From NCBI RefSeq assembly GCF_004010195.1, contig NC_057735.1, forward strand, positions 7,437,237 through 7,501,236: a stretch of 64,000 bases of DNA. The letters run 5' to 3'. The notes beneath the pieces were generated by a model that searched no databases, was not told the origin of the DNA, and worked only from the letters and a program-made list of their open reading frames with translations. The position numbers were made by a program, and so were the translations under genes. The DNA is from Chiloscyllium plagiosum (lineage: Eukaryota). Shown here one piece after another: positions 11,518 through 26,161 of this stretch (its first letter is position 1; each line of letters starts with the position of its first letter).

Positions 11518-14500
11518 AATTTAGTTGCATGAGGCCAGAGTGACATTTTCCAGGGCACATTTTCTATGTTTCTCAGACCGTGTTTCAAACACATTCATCA
11601 CAGATATTTTAAACAATATGTATCACTTTATTTTGTCCGGATGAAACAATTCTTTTTGCAGAGAGTATGAGTAATTTTAAAATGTGTGCAATTTAGATAA
11701 AATAAAATGGATTACTTTTGGGCAGCGTCAGGATTCTTGATCCTAACTTACATCCATCCAGATGTGATCGGTACCCTTAGTCCAGAATAACTCTCAATCA
11801 ATGCAAGTTTCACTTTATCATTGAATGGACCATTCACAAAACGTCTATTGTCCCTGTCATGAGATCAGGACGTCGAAAGCTTTTGAAATTCATTCAGCCT
11901 TTTCTCAGTTCTGTAGTTGCACCATTCAGATATAATTGGTAGACAATCCAGAATAATTTTGACAAATAAAGAATGTTTTCCGATATCACTGAGTGTTCTT
12001 GTAACAAAATGTATACATCTGTTTTTCAGACTTCAATATGTCCCAAGTTTTTTTTTAATTTTGTAGGTTTATTTGCCATGTCACTTTCATTATCCGGGCA
12101 AAAATGACAGAGAATGTGTATGTTGTTGTGCCTCAAGATCAGCAAAGTAGCTGAATACCCAGACAATATGTTTAGACCATTAGCAAAGTCCTTTACTCTT
12201 CTTCTAATATTGCCCTGGCATTTTTTGTATACCCCAGAACAAACAGATGGAACTTTCAGCTAATTCTTCACCTGACCATAGAAGGTTAGCTCTGTACAAT
12301 GTTGGAGTACCAGTCAGAGTGAATGGACCAATCTGTGGGAGATGGAGCTCATTCTGGGCAGGTGTCAGTTCTTCCACATTGAATCTGAGAAAGACAAATC
12401 AGATCACATCTCATTCATGAGATGACATGAAGGAATAATGAACCTAACCATGTCCATAAATCATAAAAAGTTGCAGATGCAGAAACTAATGGAGAAAGCT
12501 GTGAGGAAGTGATGTCTCAGTTATGTAGAACCTCCCAGAAATTCAGTTTTAGCAGCAAAACCCAAAAAAGAAATACTTATCTTGGAAAGGATACAACAAT
12601 TTCTAAAGTTCTGTTTAATGGGGACATTGTTGACAGTTGAAATGATGAAGCGAATGTTGATCTTTATTTCAAGATTGGAATTCAAACATGTAGAGGTTGT
12701 ATAGAGTCTTGGTGAAACCCCTTTAGGGATGAGATCAGAGTATCGGGGAAGATTATAAAGGGACATGGGCCAGTGATTGGAAAATAAAGTTGAGCTGAAG
12801 GTCAGTCCAATATAATCCAATTGATTGGTGCAATAGGTTGGAGGAGTTGAATGAGCTGCTGCTGTGGTTTCTTTCTATTGAAGCTCCACAATACAGAACC
12901 CTCTCATCTTTTAGTCCAGTTATAAAACAGTCAATACAAGAAAAAGACAGAATAGGGAAAGGGGAAAAAGACACATCCAGGGAGACATGATTTTGGTCAA
13001 GAATACTGGAAGACTTCAAATTCTCCAGATTGCAGCAAGAGTCTCCAACCTGATGCTTTTATTTTGCTGAAAATATCAACTGGGTACACTTATAGAAAAC
13101 GTATTTGATAAAGCAGAAATTTCAATATATTTCTGCTCCCATTGTTCATATCAAATGCAGTGAGACATTAACTACTTGTGATAAAGTGGCATTCAAATAC
13201 CATACATTTTTATCACATATGTAAAGGGTGATGCAGAGGAAGTCATGTGATCTAGACACAGGTACAGTTCGTCTCAAGCTTCATCTCAAATTATTTCCAT
13301 TTCCAGAATTTTGAATAGAGACGACATGTAAAATAAGGCATTTCTCCCCATCTCAAAGAACTCTGCGACTTTTTATTTCCCCAGTTACAGACTGAACAAA
13401 TATGAACAAGGTGGGAAAATGAAGATTTCTGCTACTTCAACATGGGCTGGAATTTTGCAATCTGATCAAATAATAATCATTTATCTTATTTTGAACATTT
13501 CTTAATTCTATATAATGAAAGAGATTTGTCGTTAAATGATTTTGGTGATTAAATTAAAGGAGCAAGAACCAAAAACTGAACCTCCAGGTTTTATATTGAC
13601 AGCTGATTAATACTTCTCTGTCTGCCAATGTGACATGCACAATTAAACTTCTCGTTTCTTTTTTTTAGCTCTAATGTGTCCCAGTGGAACACTGATTTTA
13701 TAAGAAAGGAGCAATTTGAATGATTCATTCACTGGAAATCAGTGACACCAATGAAATGTTTTATTTTTACATGGGATAGATCAATGTACATTTTTAACAG
13801 AAGAATGGGGACACTCCTGTATAAATAGGAAAGTGGGTGGAATTTTTCTCATCCTGGAACAATTTGGTAAACAGTGAAAAGTTGGAATAAGGCAAGAATG
13901 AGAAATCAGAATCTCTTGTCAAGAAAAGACTTTCCCATAATTCCTTTAAGATTTAAACGGAAACAATAGAATTTTGCTATTAAGTGGTGACCAACATTTT
14001 CAAGCATTGTGTCTCATTCATTGCCTAACTCTATTTCTCTGTCCCTTCCAATTCTCCTCCTCTCCCTCCCACCGAAGCTAGACAGTGCAAATCCCCCAAC
14101 ATGCAAATCACAGCAGCTAACTGCCAGCTGCAACTTGCCGATCGATTGTCTAAAACTTCATTGAAGCTTTGATTATGAAAGTTTTGAGTATTTATCGGGG
14201 AGGTCTGAGGGAAACCGTTAAGTCAAGACTGGGAAATAGCAAGGACTGCAGATGCTGGAAGTCAGAGTTGATAAAATGTGGAGCTGGAAAAGCACAGCAG
14301 GTCAGACAGCATCGGAGAAGCAGGAATGTCGACTTTTGGCTTCTCCAATGCAAGTCAAGCCTAGGGATGGGTTTTATTGGACAGCATTGCTGAGGAAATG
14401 ATTACAATGAAAAGAGGCAATTTGAGATAAAAGGGATTGAAAGGGAACAAATAGTCAGTACAAGGTTTCTGCTAACCCTAAGTATGGACCTAATGATGTA

Positions 14501-14740
14501 CTTACAGCGAGGGATGTGAACATGTTTAACATGATTCGGTAATATAATCACATGTACTGACTTGAATATGATTGGATACTTTAGTTCATATAGTTATGTG
14601 TAGTAACCTGGAAAGCAGATAGTGTTAGTAAGAGTTATGGGTGGGTAAATGTGTAACTGCTTGACTGAAAATTATAATTTGGAGGAAGTGGTGATTGGAA
14701 GCATGCTATCTGTAAGCATTGTTTTTATCCTGAAGAAGAA

Positions 14741-15055
14741 TTAGAATCCCTACACTGTGGAAACAGGTCTTTCACCCCAACAAGCCCACACTGACTCTCC
14801 GAATAGTAACCCACCCAGATCCAGTGCCCTACCCTACATTTATCCTTGACTGAATGCAGCTAGCCAACACACCCCTGAACATGATGGGCAAATTGGTGTG
14901 GCCAATTCATATAACCTTTGGAGTGTGGGAAGGAACCAGAGCAAACCCACACAGACATATGGTGAACATACAAACTCCACACAGTCACCTGAGGTGTGGA
15001 ATTGAACCCAGGTCCCTGGAACTGTGAGGCAGCAGTGCTAACCACTGTGCCACTC
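14741..15055 (-). mobile_element. HE1-type SINE (diverged)
   Basis: Similarity to other copies incl. ggcagcagtgctaaccactgtgcc head. Confidence 0.8.
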
Positions 15056-15344
15056 AAGAATTGAGTTAGTCGCCATTTTATGAAATGTTCAGCCTAATGC
15101 ATGACTTAATAAATGTCCAAACAAAGAAACCTGAGTCTTATCTGGTCTAAAGAGGGAAGAAAGCATTAAAATCAGTTCTTCAGTGGGCTGTCCTCAAACA
15201 TAGTAGGCTCCAGAGGGCTACAGGAGGTGGGGCTTTCCTCAGTCACTATCAGTCTAGTCCCTACATGGGGAGAGTTTAGGGACAACAAGAGCTTTGCAAT
15301 TCTCAAAGATCTGAGCTCTTCTAGTAATTGAGGGACATAATTAC

Positions 15345-15660
15345 GGGCGGCACGGTGGCACAGTGGTTAGCACTGCTGCCTCACGGCGCCAGAGACCCGG
15401 GTTCAATTCCCGCCTCAGGCGACTGACTGTGTGGAGTTTGCACGTTCTCCCCGTGTCTGCGTGGGTTTCCTCCGGGTGCTCCGGTTTCCTCCCACAGTCC
15501 AAAGATGTGCAGGGTCAGGTGAATTGGCCATACTAAATTGCCCATAGTGTTAGGTAAGGGGTGAATGTAGGGGTATGGGTGGGTTTCGCTTCGGCGGGTC
15601 GGTGTGGACTTGTTGGGCCGAAGGGCCTGTTTCCACACTGTAATCTAATCTAATCTAATA
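15345..15660 (+). mobile_element. HE1-type SINE, young full-length copy
   Basis: GGGCGGCACGGTGGCACAGTGGTTAGC (A box), GGTTCAATTCC (B box), (TAATC)n tail; CpGs retained. Confidence 0.93.
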
Positions 15661-17317
15661 ATGGTTGTGTGAAGAGGATGAACAGAAACAGGGGAACATA
15701 AAAGGTCATTGTGGACAGAGGAACAGCAACACAAAAGGGAAGAGAAAGGAGCATTGTGCATCATTGACAGACTCTGCAAGTAACATACACAAACACGAGG
15801 TTGAAACCTCACATGTTTTTACCCAAAGTTAACCACAGAATGCCTTTGCAACAATGTCTGACACCACTTGCAGAGTGGGGCAGAGTCAGTTACCATATTT
15901 TTTTTCCAGTATTGAGCTTCTTGTCAGACAGCATTAATTGTGCAATGAGCAGTATTTTGTACAGCCTTTCTCAGCAAACTACGAGGCTCTAGGAGAATGG
16001 ACATGTCAGTTGTCAATTGTAGATGATTCAAATGGAATCACAGAATCCATATAGTGGGAAAGAGGCCATTTGTCCCATCAAATCTGCACTAACCTTCTGA
16101 AGAACATCCCACCCAAAACCATCCTACCCCATAACCTCCCATTTCCCCTGGTTAATCCATCTAGCCTGCATGTCCCAGGACACTACGGGGCAACTTGTTC
16201 AGTCAATCCACCTGACCTGCACACCTTTGGACTCCCTTGAGAAGCTGCCAAATAGAAGGAGCCTTTCCCTCCAGAGATGTGAGAATCAGTGATTCCATAC
16301 CCCTGCGCACAAGACCACAGCACAATTACTGCACATTATGTTCAAACTCAGTGTTGCCCACATTAAAATGTAACACCTTGGCTGCAGTCATCAGCCTGAT
16401 GTTTCAAGAACCTGTGACCCTTGATGGATCCATGGGAGTTGCTTGTGAGAAATGGGTAATTTGTGTCCATCACAATTCCTTTTGTCCTTAGGGAGTCCCC
16501 CACTATTAACCTGGAATTACCATTTACCAGAAAATGAACTGGATATAACTACAATGGCTACAAGAGCAGTTCAGAATTTAGAATTATTGCAGCGAATAAC
16601 TCACCATCTGTCTCTGCACAGCCTATCCACTCTCTCAATTTATAGCTTTTCAGTTCAAAATGCACCTACTTCTTCTTGCTCCTAAATGGATTGCCTCTCA
16701 TTTATCCACATTTTTTTTGTAAATGCCCTACATTTGTCCACTTCCTCAGCTTGTCCAAATCTCACTGAAGCATCTCTGCAACATTGTCACAGGTCACCCT
16801 CCCACTCAGTTTTGTGTTATCTGCAAATTTGGACTAACTGTATTTAGTTCCTACATCCAAATCATTAATATATATTGTGAATAGTTGGGGCCCTAGCATT
16901 GATCCTGATGGTAGCCCATTCGTCACTACCTGCCATTCGGAAAGAGACTCATTTATTCCTACTCTTTGTTTCCTGTCTGCCAACCAGTTTTCTATCTATC
17001 ACAATACTCTGCCTCCAATCCTATGTTCAATTAGGCAGCACACCGTCACCTTCTCAAGAGCAATTAGGAATGGCCAAGAAAATTCCAAAAATTACAATCC
17101 AAATTAATTTGAATTGAACCAAATAATTTTAACATTTTATCAAACTAAAATTTAAATCTTGTAAAATAATTTTCATTCCAAAATTATTTGTAAATATGTT
17201 TCTGTTTGTAGCACGCTACATGTGAGTGGCTTATTCTAAATGAACACACATTCAGTTTAGGCCCATTTCATTAAATCCTCAAACACGTTCATGGTCAATA
17301 AGGAATCTAAATAAGCA

Positions 17318-17655
17318 TCATAGAATCCCTGCAGTGCAGAAAGAGGCCATTCAGCCCATCTCACTATCCCTCTGACCAGCAGTCCACCCAGACTCAGAAC
17401 CCACTTTGTTTCCATAGTCCCACATGTCACATGGCTAACCCATCTAGCCTGCACATCCCTGGACACTATGCATAATTTAGCATGGCCAATCTACCTTACC
17501 TGCACATCTTTAGACTGTGGGAGGAAACTGTAGCACCTGGAGCAAACCTACAAGGAGAACGTGCAAACTACATGTACACAGTCACCCAAGGCTTGAACTG
17601 AATCCAAGCCACTGGAGCTGGGAGGTAGCAGTGCTAACCACTGAGCTACTGTGCT
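17318..17655 (-). mobile_element. HE1-related SINE (older subfamily)
   Basis: Shares gcatggccaat...gggaggaaac...gtgctaaccactgagc core. Confidence 0.75.
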
Positions 17656-18494
17656 GTTTATTTTCAAGAGGCTGAGGTGTGAAAATTATGTTTCCACACT
17701 TGTCGCATGTTTTGATGTTCATTGTGGTTTGACACCATAAGAAAAATGTGTGAATATTCTCAAGGGTATGTGTGATAGAAACCTATGAATGTATCATGAG
17801 ACTAAATGTTAGTTACTTTTGTCTGCACATTGGAGAAGATCTGGCCTGGTATAGGATTTGCTGGAGGGTAATGTTGTGGGTTCTGGTCCACTTGAAGGAC
17901 ATTGTTGGATGTGGATGTGAACAGATGTATTGGGGTTTGGCCTGAGCGGGATGTAGGTTCTGAATCACAAAGAGGACAGGTGAAAGGTGAGAGAAGCTTT
18001 ATCGATTAATCCACAGGGGAGATTCCAAAGGACCAGAAGAAGAGTTATCAATTAAACTGTGCTGTAAACAGGGGTTAAAGTTCCTACTGCTCTGGACATT
18101 TATATGTTCTCCAGGAACTGCGTGATAAATAGTTCAGGAATCCAGGAATATGCCACCAAGTGTTACAGCAGGGACATTACATAATTCTTCCAAAGGCCTT
18201 CAAAGAGCAAAATAGTATGTGCCAATCCAAAATGATCCCTTTAACCCAAACAAACTGGAGAAACTCCTTCCTGTAAACATTCAATGTCTTGCCTTCATCC
18301 ACTTTCTGTCATAGAGAATTGTATCAGCTCACCACTCTCTGGGTGAACAAATATCCCCACATCTCATCTCATCATCCTCCCCTGACCCAACCACCAATCC
18401 CCCAGATTTAACCTAGGCTGACCAGACATTTGGGATTAGCCTCCGATGTCACTGGCAAAACCCCAGAGCTTGTGGGGAAAAGGAGTGTGATGAA

Positions 18495-18975
18495 ATACTC
18501 CCCACTTGCCTGGATGGGTGCAGCTCCAACAACTCTCAAGAACCTCACACCATCCAGGACAAAGTAACCTGCCTGATTGGCACCACATCTACAAGCATCC
18601 ACTCCCTCCACCACCAGTGCTCATTAACAGCAGTGTGTACTATCTACAAGATGCAATGCAGAAATTCACTAAAGATACTTAGACAGCACCTCCCAAACCC
18701 ACAACAACTGCCATCTAGATGGACAAGTGCAGCAGGTACTTGGGAATACCACCACCTGCAGGTTCCCCTCCAAGCCACTCACCATCTTGACTTGGAAGTA
18801 TACCACCATTCCTTCACTGTCATTGGGTCAAAATCCAGGAATTCCCTCCCTACTGGCCACAGGTCAAGTGGACTGCAGCGATTCAAGAAGACAGCTCACC
18901 ACCACCTTCTCAAGGCAAATAGGCTATCAATGCTGGCCAGCCAGTAACGCCCAAGTCCCATAAATGAATATTTAA
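18495..18975 (+). mobile_element. Non-LTR retrotransposon 3' fragment (clade not determined)
   Basis: EYSPLAWMGAAPTTLK...IQDK...HSLHH...CTIYKMQC: post-RT LINE motif series. Confidence 0.65.
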
Positions 18976-19676
18976 AAAAAATGGGATGTCCATCTGAATG
19001 AGAGAGGGGATTTGTGGCAGGTCCCACAGTACCTGTATATTGAGTTCTATGTTTTTGTCCATTTAAACCCACCAATCCTCCCATTTTCCGTTCTGTTGGG
19101 GTGAATGGATGTACAGTTAAAACTCCCTCTTTGTTGCTGTACTAGGTGGGTTGTCAAAACATGTATTTGAGGTGTGAGCCATCACTTCTTATGAGGATTT
19201 TGAGTCAGAAACAGACTCGGACAAAATCTGCTCCTGAGCATTCATTGTTTGAAATGTTACTGCTGGCAATGCTGTCCCTCAGTACTTTTCTGATCATACT
19301 TCCAGATCCATTGAAAATCTATAAGAGTTCCAGAAAATCAAAAAAGAGATGAGACCACTCAGCCCATTAGTTGGATTGGGGCTGATCTGCATTTTAATTA
19401 TGGAGCCACCTAGTTTCCAGAATCCGTCAGAACCTCAATACACATTGCTGCCGAGAATCCAGGTTTTCCCTAGAGCTGTGCCCTTTTGTTAGTGACTAGC
19501 GCTGCAGCATTGTAACACGTAATCCCACTGGCCCTTCTCAGTATCCACAGCCAATCCTGCAGAGATTCCCCAGATCTATAACCAACCACCTACCGGCATC
19601 ATCCTCATTGCGCAACACTTGCTTTCTGACAAATGCTGGAATAAGGTTAGTGTTTTATAGGGATTTTTACTCCATT

Positions 19677-19985
19677 TTAGATTAGATTCCACAGTATGGA
19701 AACAGGCTCTTCGGCCCAACAAGTCCAAAGAGTAACCCACCAGCCCCATTCCCCTACATTTACCCCTGACTAACACACTTAACATTATGAGCAATTTAGC
19801 ATGGCCATTTCATCTGACCTGCACATCCTTAGATTGTGGGAGAAAACCAGAGCACCTGGAGGAAACCCACGCAGACACAGGGAGAATGTGCAAACTCCAC
19901 ACAGACAAGTCACTCAATGCGGGAATTGAACCTGGGTCCCCGATGCTGTAAGGTAGCAGTGCTAACCACTGAGCCACCGTGCAGT
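19677..19985 (-). mobile_element. HE1-type SINE
   Basis: Same head and tail as other copies. Confidence 0.85.
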
Positions 19986-20783
19986 CCCAAAAGCTGCTTT
20001 AGGTGAGGAGCTTATTTCAAAGAAAGCACTTTACAGAAATATCCAAAAAGAATGTATACCCATTTTGAAATTTGAAAAATGATGTTAATATCACATACCA
20101 TCCTGCATGGAACTGTATCCGTGTTCCTTCACTGTCGCCAAGTCAAAATCCTGGAACACTGAATACTACTTAATTTTAGACCAATGTAAAATCCAAGGTA
20201 CAAAGGAATCAATGTGCTCTAATGCATGAGTCACATAATGTTGGAATGAAGGTACCAAAATGTGATTAAGAAGCCCAAGAAAATCCTATCCTCCTTTACA
20301 AGATGAATTAATAATAAAAGTGAGGACATTATGGTTCAGTGATAGAGGGCATTGGGGAGAGTAAATCTTAAAAATTATGTTTAATCTTCTGGGTGAGTCC
20401 CTGAGGGGTCTCTGTTTTAAAATTAGGGATCAGCTTTTAAATACAGCAATAGGAATAATTAATTTCTTCAGAGAACTGTTAGCCGCAGAAAGTAGTAGAG
20501 GTGGATAGATATTTGTGGGACAAGAATCAAAGGTTATCAGAATAAATGAGAATGTGAGATTTGGAACACAAACATATCAGGTATGATGTTTTGAATGGCA
20601 GAGAAGATTTCAAGAGCTGAATGGCCCATTTCTTCTTTATAGTTCCAGATTGTACTTCCTAATTCATAAGGTCATATATTTGTCATTGATATTTTACAGT
20701 GTTTACTCCTAGTGGAGGAGTAAAACTTATTAAGTTATATATATTTGTATTAAGAACTTAATTCTTGTTCAATTTCTGAAAAG

Positions 20784-21115
20784 TTGTCTCCTCAGCTTTA
20801 CCATATCTGTGGACAAACAAGAAAGTAACAGGAATTGTGGAAAGATCAATCTCAATAAATTGTCGATACAACTCATTGTTCAAGCCCAACATGAAATATT
20901 GGTGTCATGGTTGGACTGTCCATTGCTCATATTTGATGAGAACAACTGATCCAGGTGGACAGCGAGGAAGAATATCAATCAAGGATTACAAGGCACAAGG
21001 AGTATTTGTTGTGACAATGGAGGATGTTCACAGGGAAGATGCAGGATGGTACAGCTGGGTATTGCTCAAACACTTGAAGATGAATTACATGCTGTGAAGC
21101 TTGAAGTATCTTATG
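20784..21115 (+). pseudogene. pIgR/CD300(CMRF35)-like Ig V-set exon 1, frameshifted
   Basis: KVTGIVERSISINCRY...MKYWCHGWTVHCS...GRISIKD...FVVTMEDVHREDAGWYS: B-strand Cys, KYWC plus extra Cys, DxGWY motif of the pIgR/CD300 family. A 1-nt deletion at the F-strand Cys (agctgggt vs agctgtggt in copy 2); the shifted frame resumes GIAQTLEDELHAVKLEVS. Donor is gc rather than gt. Confidence 0.88.
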
Positions 21116-21234
21116 GCATGGTTCTCATTGATGTTCTTTATTAATCTCTACTGAAATGTCTGATCAATGTTTTATCTTAGAGGAACCAGGAAAGCTCCAA
21201 TATCCCAAGGTGTCCCAGCAATGCTGATACTTGT

Positions 21235-23480
21235 TGGAAGGAACATAGGAACAGGAGGAGGCCATTTAGCTTGTTGAACCTGCCCCACACTTTACTATGA
21301 TCATGGCTGATTGAACATTGTAATACTGTTAAGCCACACTATCCTCTTAACTTTTCATACCATTAATCACCAAATACTTATCAGCTTCTACTTTAAATTT
21401 GCAACAAAAAGTCTGGTGAAACTATGATGCACTCCTTTGGCAATAATATCTTTCATGAGCTAAGGTGATCAAAACTGCGCAAAATTCTTAAAGTGTAGTC
21501 TAACTAACATCCTACACAACAACTGAAACAAGAATTCTGAATTCCAGTGCTCAAATCCTCTTGTAATAAATGTTAACATTTCATTATTCTTCCTAGTAAC
21601 TTGCTGCACCTGCATGTTAGCCTTCAGTATCTTATTGGCAAGGGGATCCAAGTCTCTTTTCACATTTATACTTTCGAACATCTCACCATTTAAAAATACT
21701 CTGCACATCTGTTCTTTCTATCAAAATGGGTAACCTGACACTTGCCCATAATATATATCAGTGGCCAAAGTCTTTCTCTATCATTAAGCCTGTCCAACTC
21801 CTTCTGAAGTTGTTTTGTATCTTTCTCACAACACATAATCCTCCTTTGCTTGTATCAATTGCAAATTTGAAAAGATTATACTTAGTCCCCATGTCCAAAT
21901 CATTTATATATTGAAAAAAGCTGGGGCATAAGTCCTGACCCTTGCAGTACCCCATTAGTCACAACCTGCCAATGTGAGAATGCCCCATTTATTCTTACAC
22001 TCTATTTTCTATCTGTTCACTAATCATCAATCCATGCCATTGCAGTGCTTCCTGTACCGTGTACTTCAACTTCACAAATTAACCTTCTGTGGGGTCCTTA
22101 TTAAAAGCCTTCTCAAAAACCAAATGCTCTCCATTCATTAACTTTCCATTAACAATTTTGTGAGTAACATCCTGAAAAAGCTCCAAAAAGTTGGTAAAAC
22201 ACAATTGTTCATTTATAAATCCATGCTGACGACACATAATCAAATTATTTTTCTCTGAGTGCATTCATCATGTCCTTTATGATGAAGTCCAGCATTTTCC
22301 TTATTATTGATGTAAGATTGATACATCAGTAGTTCCCTATTCTTTCCCTTTCTCTTCCCATAAATAGTGGGGTAACAGCTGCAAGCTTTCAGTCTGTAGG
22401 AATCATCCTAGAATATCTGAACTTCTGGAAGATAATCACCAATGCATTATCAATCTCTACTGACACCTCTGTCAACACATGGGAAAGCAGACAATCAGGT
22501 GTTGGGGATTTATCAACTTCCATTAATTTCTCCAGCACAACCTTCCTACCAATGCTAATTTCCTTCACCTCCTTATTCTCCCTTGCCATTTGGATCTCTA
22601 AATCAGACATAATACTCATAGTTTCCTCAACTATAAAAGTCACAATTAATCCATTCAGTTTATCTGCCATTTCTCCATTTCCTCAAATAAATTCTCTTAA
22701 ATCTGCTTTTAATGGATCCTCATTTGACTTTGCCAATTTTTTTTACATACCTGCAGAAGCTGTTAATTTCATTTCATTAAAAATGACATAACACCAGGTT
22801 ATAGTCCAACAGGTTTATTTGGAAGCATTAGCTTTCAGAGCGCAGCTCCTTCATCAGATGTTTCCAATATCAGTTCAAATAAGCCTGTTGGACTATAACC
22901 TGGTGTTGTGTGATTTTTAACTTTGTACACCCCGTCCAACACCAGCACCTTTTAATTTTAATTTTAATTTTATGTTTTCTTTGTTATGTGGCATTTCTAT
23001 TCTGTTCTATCCTTTTCAATTCCAATGTCCTCCTTTGCCATGTGCTTTAAACAAGTTCCAATCCTCGGATTACTTATGATTTTGGTTTCTATATAAGCCA
23101 ATTATTTTAATCTTATAAGCCCTTAATTTCCTTTTATCAGCTATGGTTGAATTATCTTTTTTGAGTGGAGTATTCTGTTGCTGCAAGCCATGAATTAGAT
23201 CTTTAAAGACTCTCCATTGTTTACATACTATCCTGACTTTTAATGTACTTTCCCAGTCCAGCTCAGCCAATTTGTGCCTCTCTCTTTCATATGCATCCTA
23301 ATTCATCCTTGCTTCAGATTTAAATGCCTCACTTCCAGACATACTGTATAATTCTGTCATATTCTGATCTTTCATCCCTAAAGGTCCTTTTACAATAAGG
23401 TCATTAATCAGCTCTTTTTCATGACATTACAGTACATCCAAAATAACCTGTTCTCTCCTCAGCTCTTCAACATGCTGCTC
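21235..23480 (-). mobile_element. CR1/HER1-type LINE, ~2.2-kb decayed ORF2 in intron
   Basis: Minus-strand ORFs: KSPTPDCL, QHGFINEQLCFTNFLE...FEKAFNK, YINDLD...KFAIDT, KRDLDPL...RLHF. Confidence 0.88.
22780..22950. mobile_element. Penelope pseudo-LTR insertion (family B) with hammerhead core on minus strand
   Basis: Inverted arms aacaccaggttatagtccaacagg / cctgttggactataacctggtgtt; minus strand 22857-22829 reads CTGATGA-A-GGAGC-tgc-GCTCT-GAAA-GC-TA. Confidence 0.75.
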
Positions 23481-23973
23481 CACAAAATATAACATGGCCA
23501 CAGCAATTTGCAGTAGCACATGTTCTGTTAGCAACAGGGTAGTTCTCAGAATTTCTGGAAGACAGCCGATTGTGGCGATGTACATTTTAGAGACATACAG
23601 TACAACAGAACGCAGAGAGGACTTTTGCCCCTTAACTTCAGTGCTGCTCGACAAATACCTATCTATCGAGATCCCAGGTTTCAGCACCTCGCCCGTAACT
23701 TTGTACGATTTGGCATTTAAAGTGATCACCTAAAAATATTCTAAAGTGTTATGCAGTATCACAGTCTGTGTGTGAAGAAATCCCATGGGAAGATGAGTTA
23801 TCAATTACAGTCCGTTAATCTCTCAATTAATGCAATATTAAGAAGATATTGAAATGCAGCTGCAGAGATTCCAACATGACAAGAACTGGATGAAAGACAG
23901 AAATGTTGAAATTTGCATAGTGTTTGTTGTTTGGATCCTCAGTCAGTACCTAATCATTTGCTTTTTCCCACAG

Positions 23974-24277
23974 AACCTGTGTCTTTTCCTGTAATTAGAT
24001 TTTTATCACCATCAAATATCTGATGTTTTGAGAACTCAGTTTCTATCTCCCGGGAATCTGTCTGAGGATCCCTTCCCATTCAGTACTTATGGTATGGAAA
24101 GACTCCATCCGAAGAATACGGATTTCTGAGAATAATAAACTGGATCTACATTGTCAATTATCCAAATGGCAATATCAGCCTCAAATACCCAGGTGAAAAA
24201 ATCCAGTGAAATGGTTGAAGTATCAGTCATCCACAGATCAGAGAGGAACTGCAGTTATGTGGTACAGATTGGAAACA
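23974..24277 (+). pseudogene. Ig C2-like exon 1, disabled
   Basis: Acceptor ctttttcccacag; EPVSFPVIRFLSPSNI*CFENSVSISRESV*GSLPIQYLWY...KLDLHCQ...SSEMVEVSV...NCSYVVQIGN; donor gtgaga. Two in-frame TGA, B-strand Cys lost, YYC segment deleted. Confidence 0.88.
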
Positions 24278-26161
24278 GTGAGAAATATTACTTTCAGCTG
24301 TAATTGTGTTGTTTTACAATTAATATCTGCATTGATCAGATACAATGTATCCTATTTCTAGTGGATACCTTTCTCCCAGATCAAATGAGTTTATGCTGTA
24401 AAAAGAGTCAATTTAACTGGGCTTTCTTAAACAAACCAAGAATAGGCTCGTGAGTTAATAATCACAAGAAATATTAATAATACAACACACATACTCAGAG
24501 ATGGAGAATGTGAAGTGTGCCCAACAAAAAGAATAAAAGTTCATTAAAGATGTGTGGTTCGACCTCTGAGTTGTTTATAAAGAGTGGAAGGTAAAACATT
24601 GCAGCCATAATATTGAGTGTTGCTTGTAGAACTGAACAGTTGATTGAAATTCTTGGCATTCCAGGTTGGTCAAAACTCTTTTGTCCGAGTTCCTTTTGAC
24701 AGAGGCTGGCTGGCTGGTAGCACTCTGAATTAGTAGGAGTGCTACCCACTTTTTTTTACCAACAATGCAGGGACTTTTTAACTTCAATTTAAGACACAAT
24801 GTCATTGACACAGAGAGAGACAGACAGAGAGACAGAGAGAGGGAGAGACCAGAATTGAAGTGCACTTTTAACTTCTGTCTATGTGTTTGACTGAAAGGGA
24901 AAGACCAAAAAATGATCTCTCACCCAAACAGCTGACTTTTCTCCCATCATGATCACAGTCAGAGATAACTCCAAGATAAGCATGTTTCTCTTTGTGTATT
25001 TCTCCCATTCAGTCAATCCTTTGGAAGCTTCCATGATACACTGTTAGGTACTATTTTTCATGATCTCTCTCCACTACTCACTGAGTTAACATTTGCAATA
25101 ATTTTGGCTTGCTCAGTTCTCTTTCAAAAAATAAATATTGGAAATAAAGTTTGATATATTATTTGACATGAATTTATAATCCATGGTCATGAGACACTGC
25201 CACTCTAGTTTAACCTCTCCCCATAGAACTAGCAAATGCCCCTTGCAGAGTATGCCCCTGCTCTTTCATGACCTGTCCAAGTGTACAGATTCCATCTTCT
25301 CCAGAATTGGATCCAATGCCTCAAGAGTCTAAATCCCTCTCTGCCTACAATCAAGAAGCTGAGCAGCTCCTGGTGTTATGGACCTAGCTATCGTTGCATT
25401 CACCTGAGAACACACCTCCCCCAGCTGTATACAAAAGGGAAAACCTATTAGAAAGGAAGTCAGCCTCAGTGTATTCCTGCGCTCCCAGCCTAGTGTTTTC
25501 ACTCTGTGTGGGCGGTCTCCCATTCCCTTTCTGTCAGTGCATTCTTTACCTGTGGTGTGATAACATCACTGTATGTGTTATCCACGAAGATCTCAGCCTA
25601 CTGGGTGCTTCACAGAGACTCCAGATCACTGATGGCCATATCCAACACAGCCTAGCCATATACAACTGCCCGTGATCCTCACTCAAATTCACCTCTGCAG
25701 AAGCCAAGCAGTTCTTTTACCTTATTTGCAAATCTGCATTACTGAAAATCAGCAACTTGAAGATGGAGTCTACTCACTGTCTCTTTCAAAATTCAGTGAA
25801 CTTCAGTATCTGTTTGTGATGTTTTAAACTCCTCTTCAGTGACCCTGAAACTGTGTTGAATGACCAACTGAAAATCCTGCAAAAATCCTCATTTTGAGCC
25901 TATTTTATAAAAGTCCTGTTGCTGGACAGGATTGAATGTTGCTACGAAGCCACTCTTCAACTGAGTGCACACTGAATGTCACATTTCTCAGACAATGCTG
26001 GTGTCCCTGGTACAATTGGATGTACAAGAAATGGATTTCATCATAAACTGTCTGAGATGATGCAATGGAGAGATTCCTCAGTACTCAGTGCAATTCATCG
26101 TAAATGTATCAGATTGTATTGAGAAGCTATTTTCTGTTTAATTAATTCATTGTCTTTTCAG

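Noticed and set aside
11169-11594. 141-aa Cys/Pro/His repeat ORF; also considered as a CRISPR-like array
   Set aside because: 57-bp minisatellite with no unique spacers, in eukaryotic DNA.
15345-15420. tRNA gene (A and B boxes present)
   Set aside because: It is the tRNA-derived head of a SINE and continues into SINE body and tail.
19235-19306. MLLLAMLSLSTFLIILP as leader exon upstream of V exon 1
   Set aside because: Followed by AT rather than GT; could be a mutated donor but unsupported.
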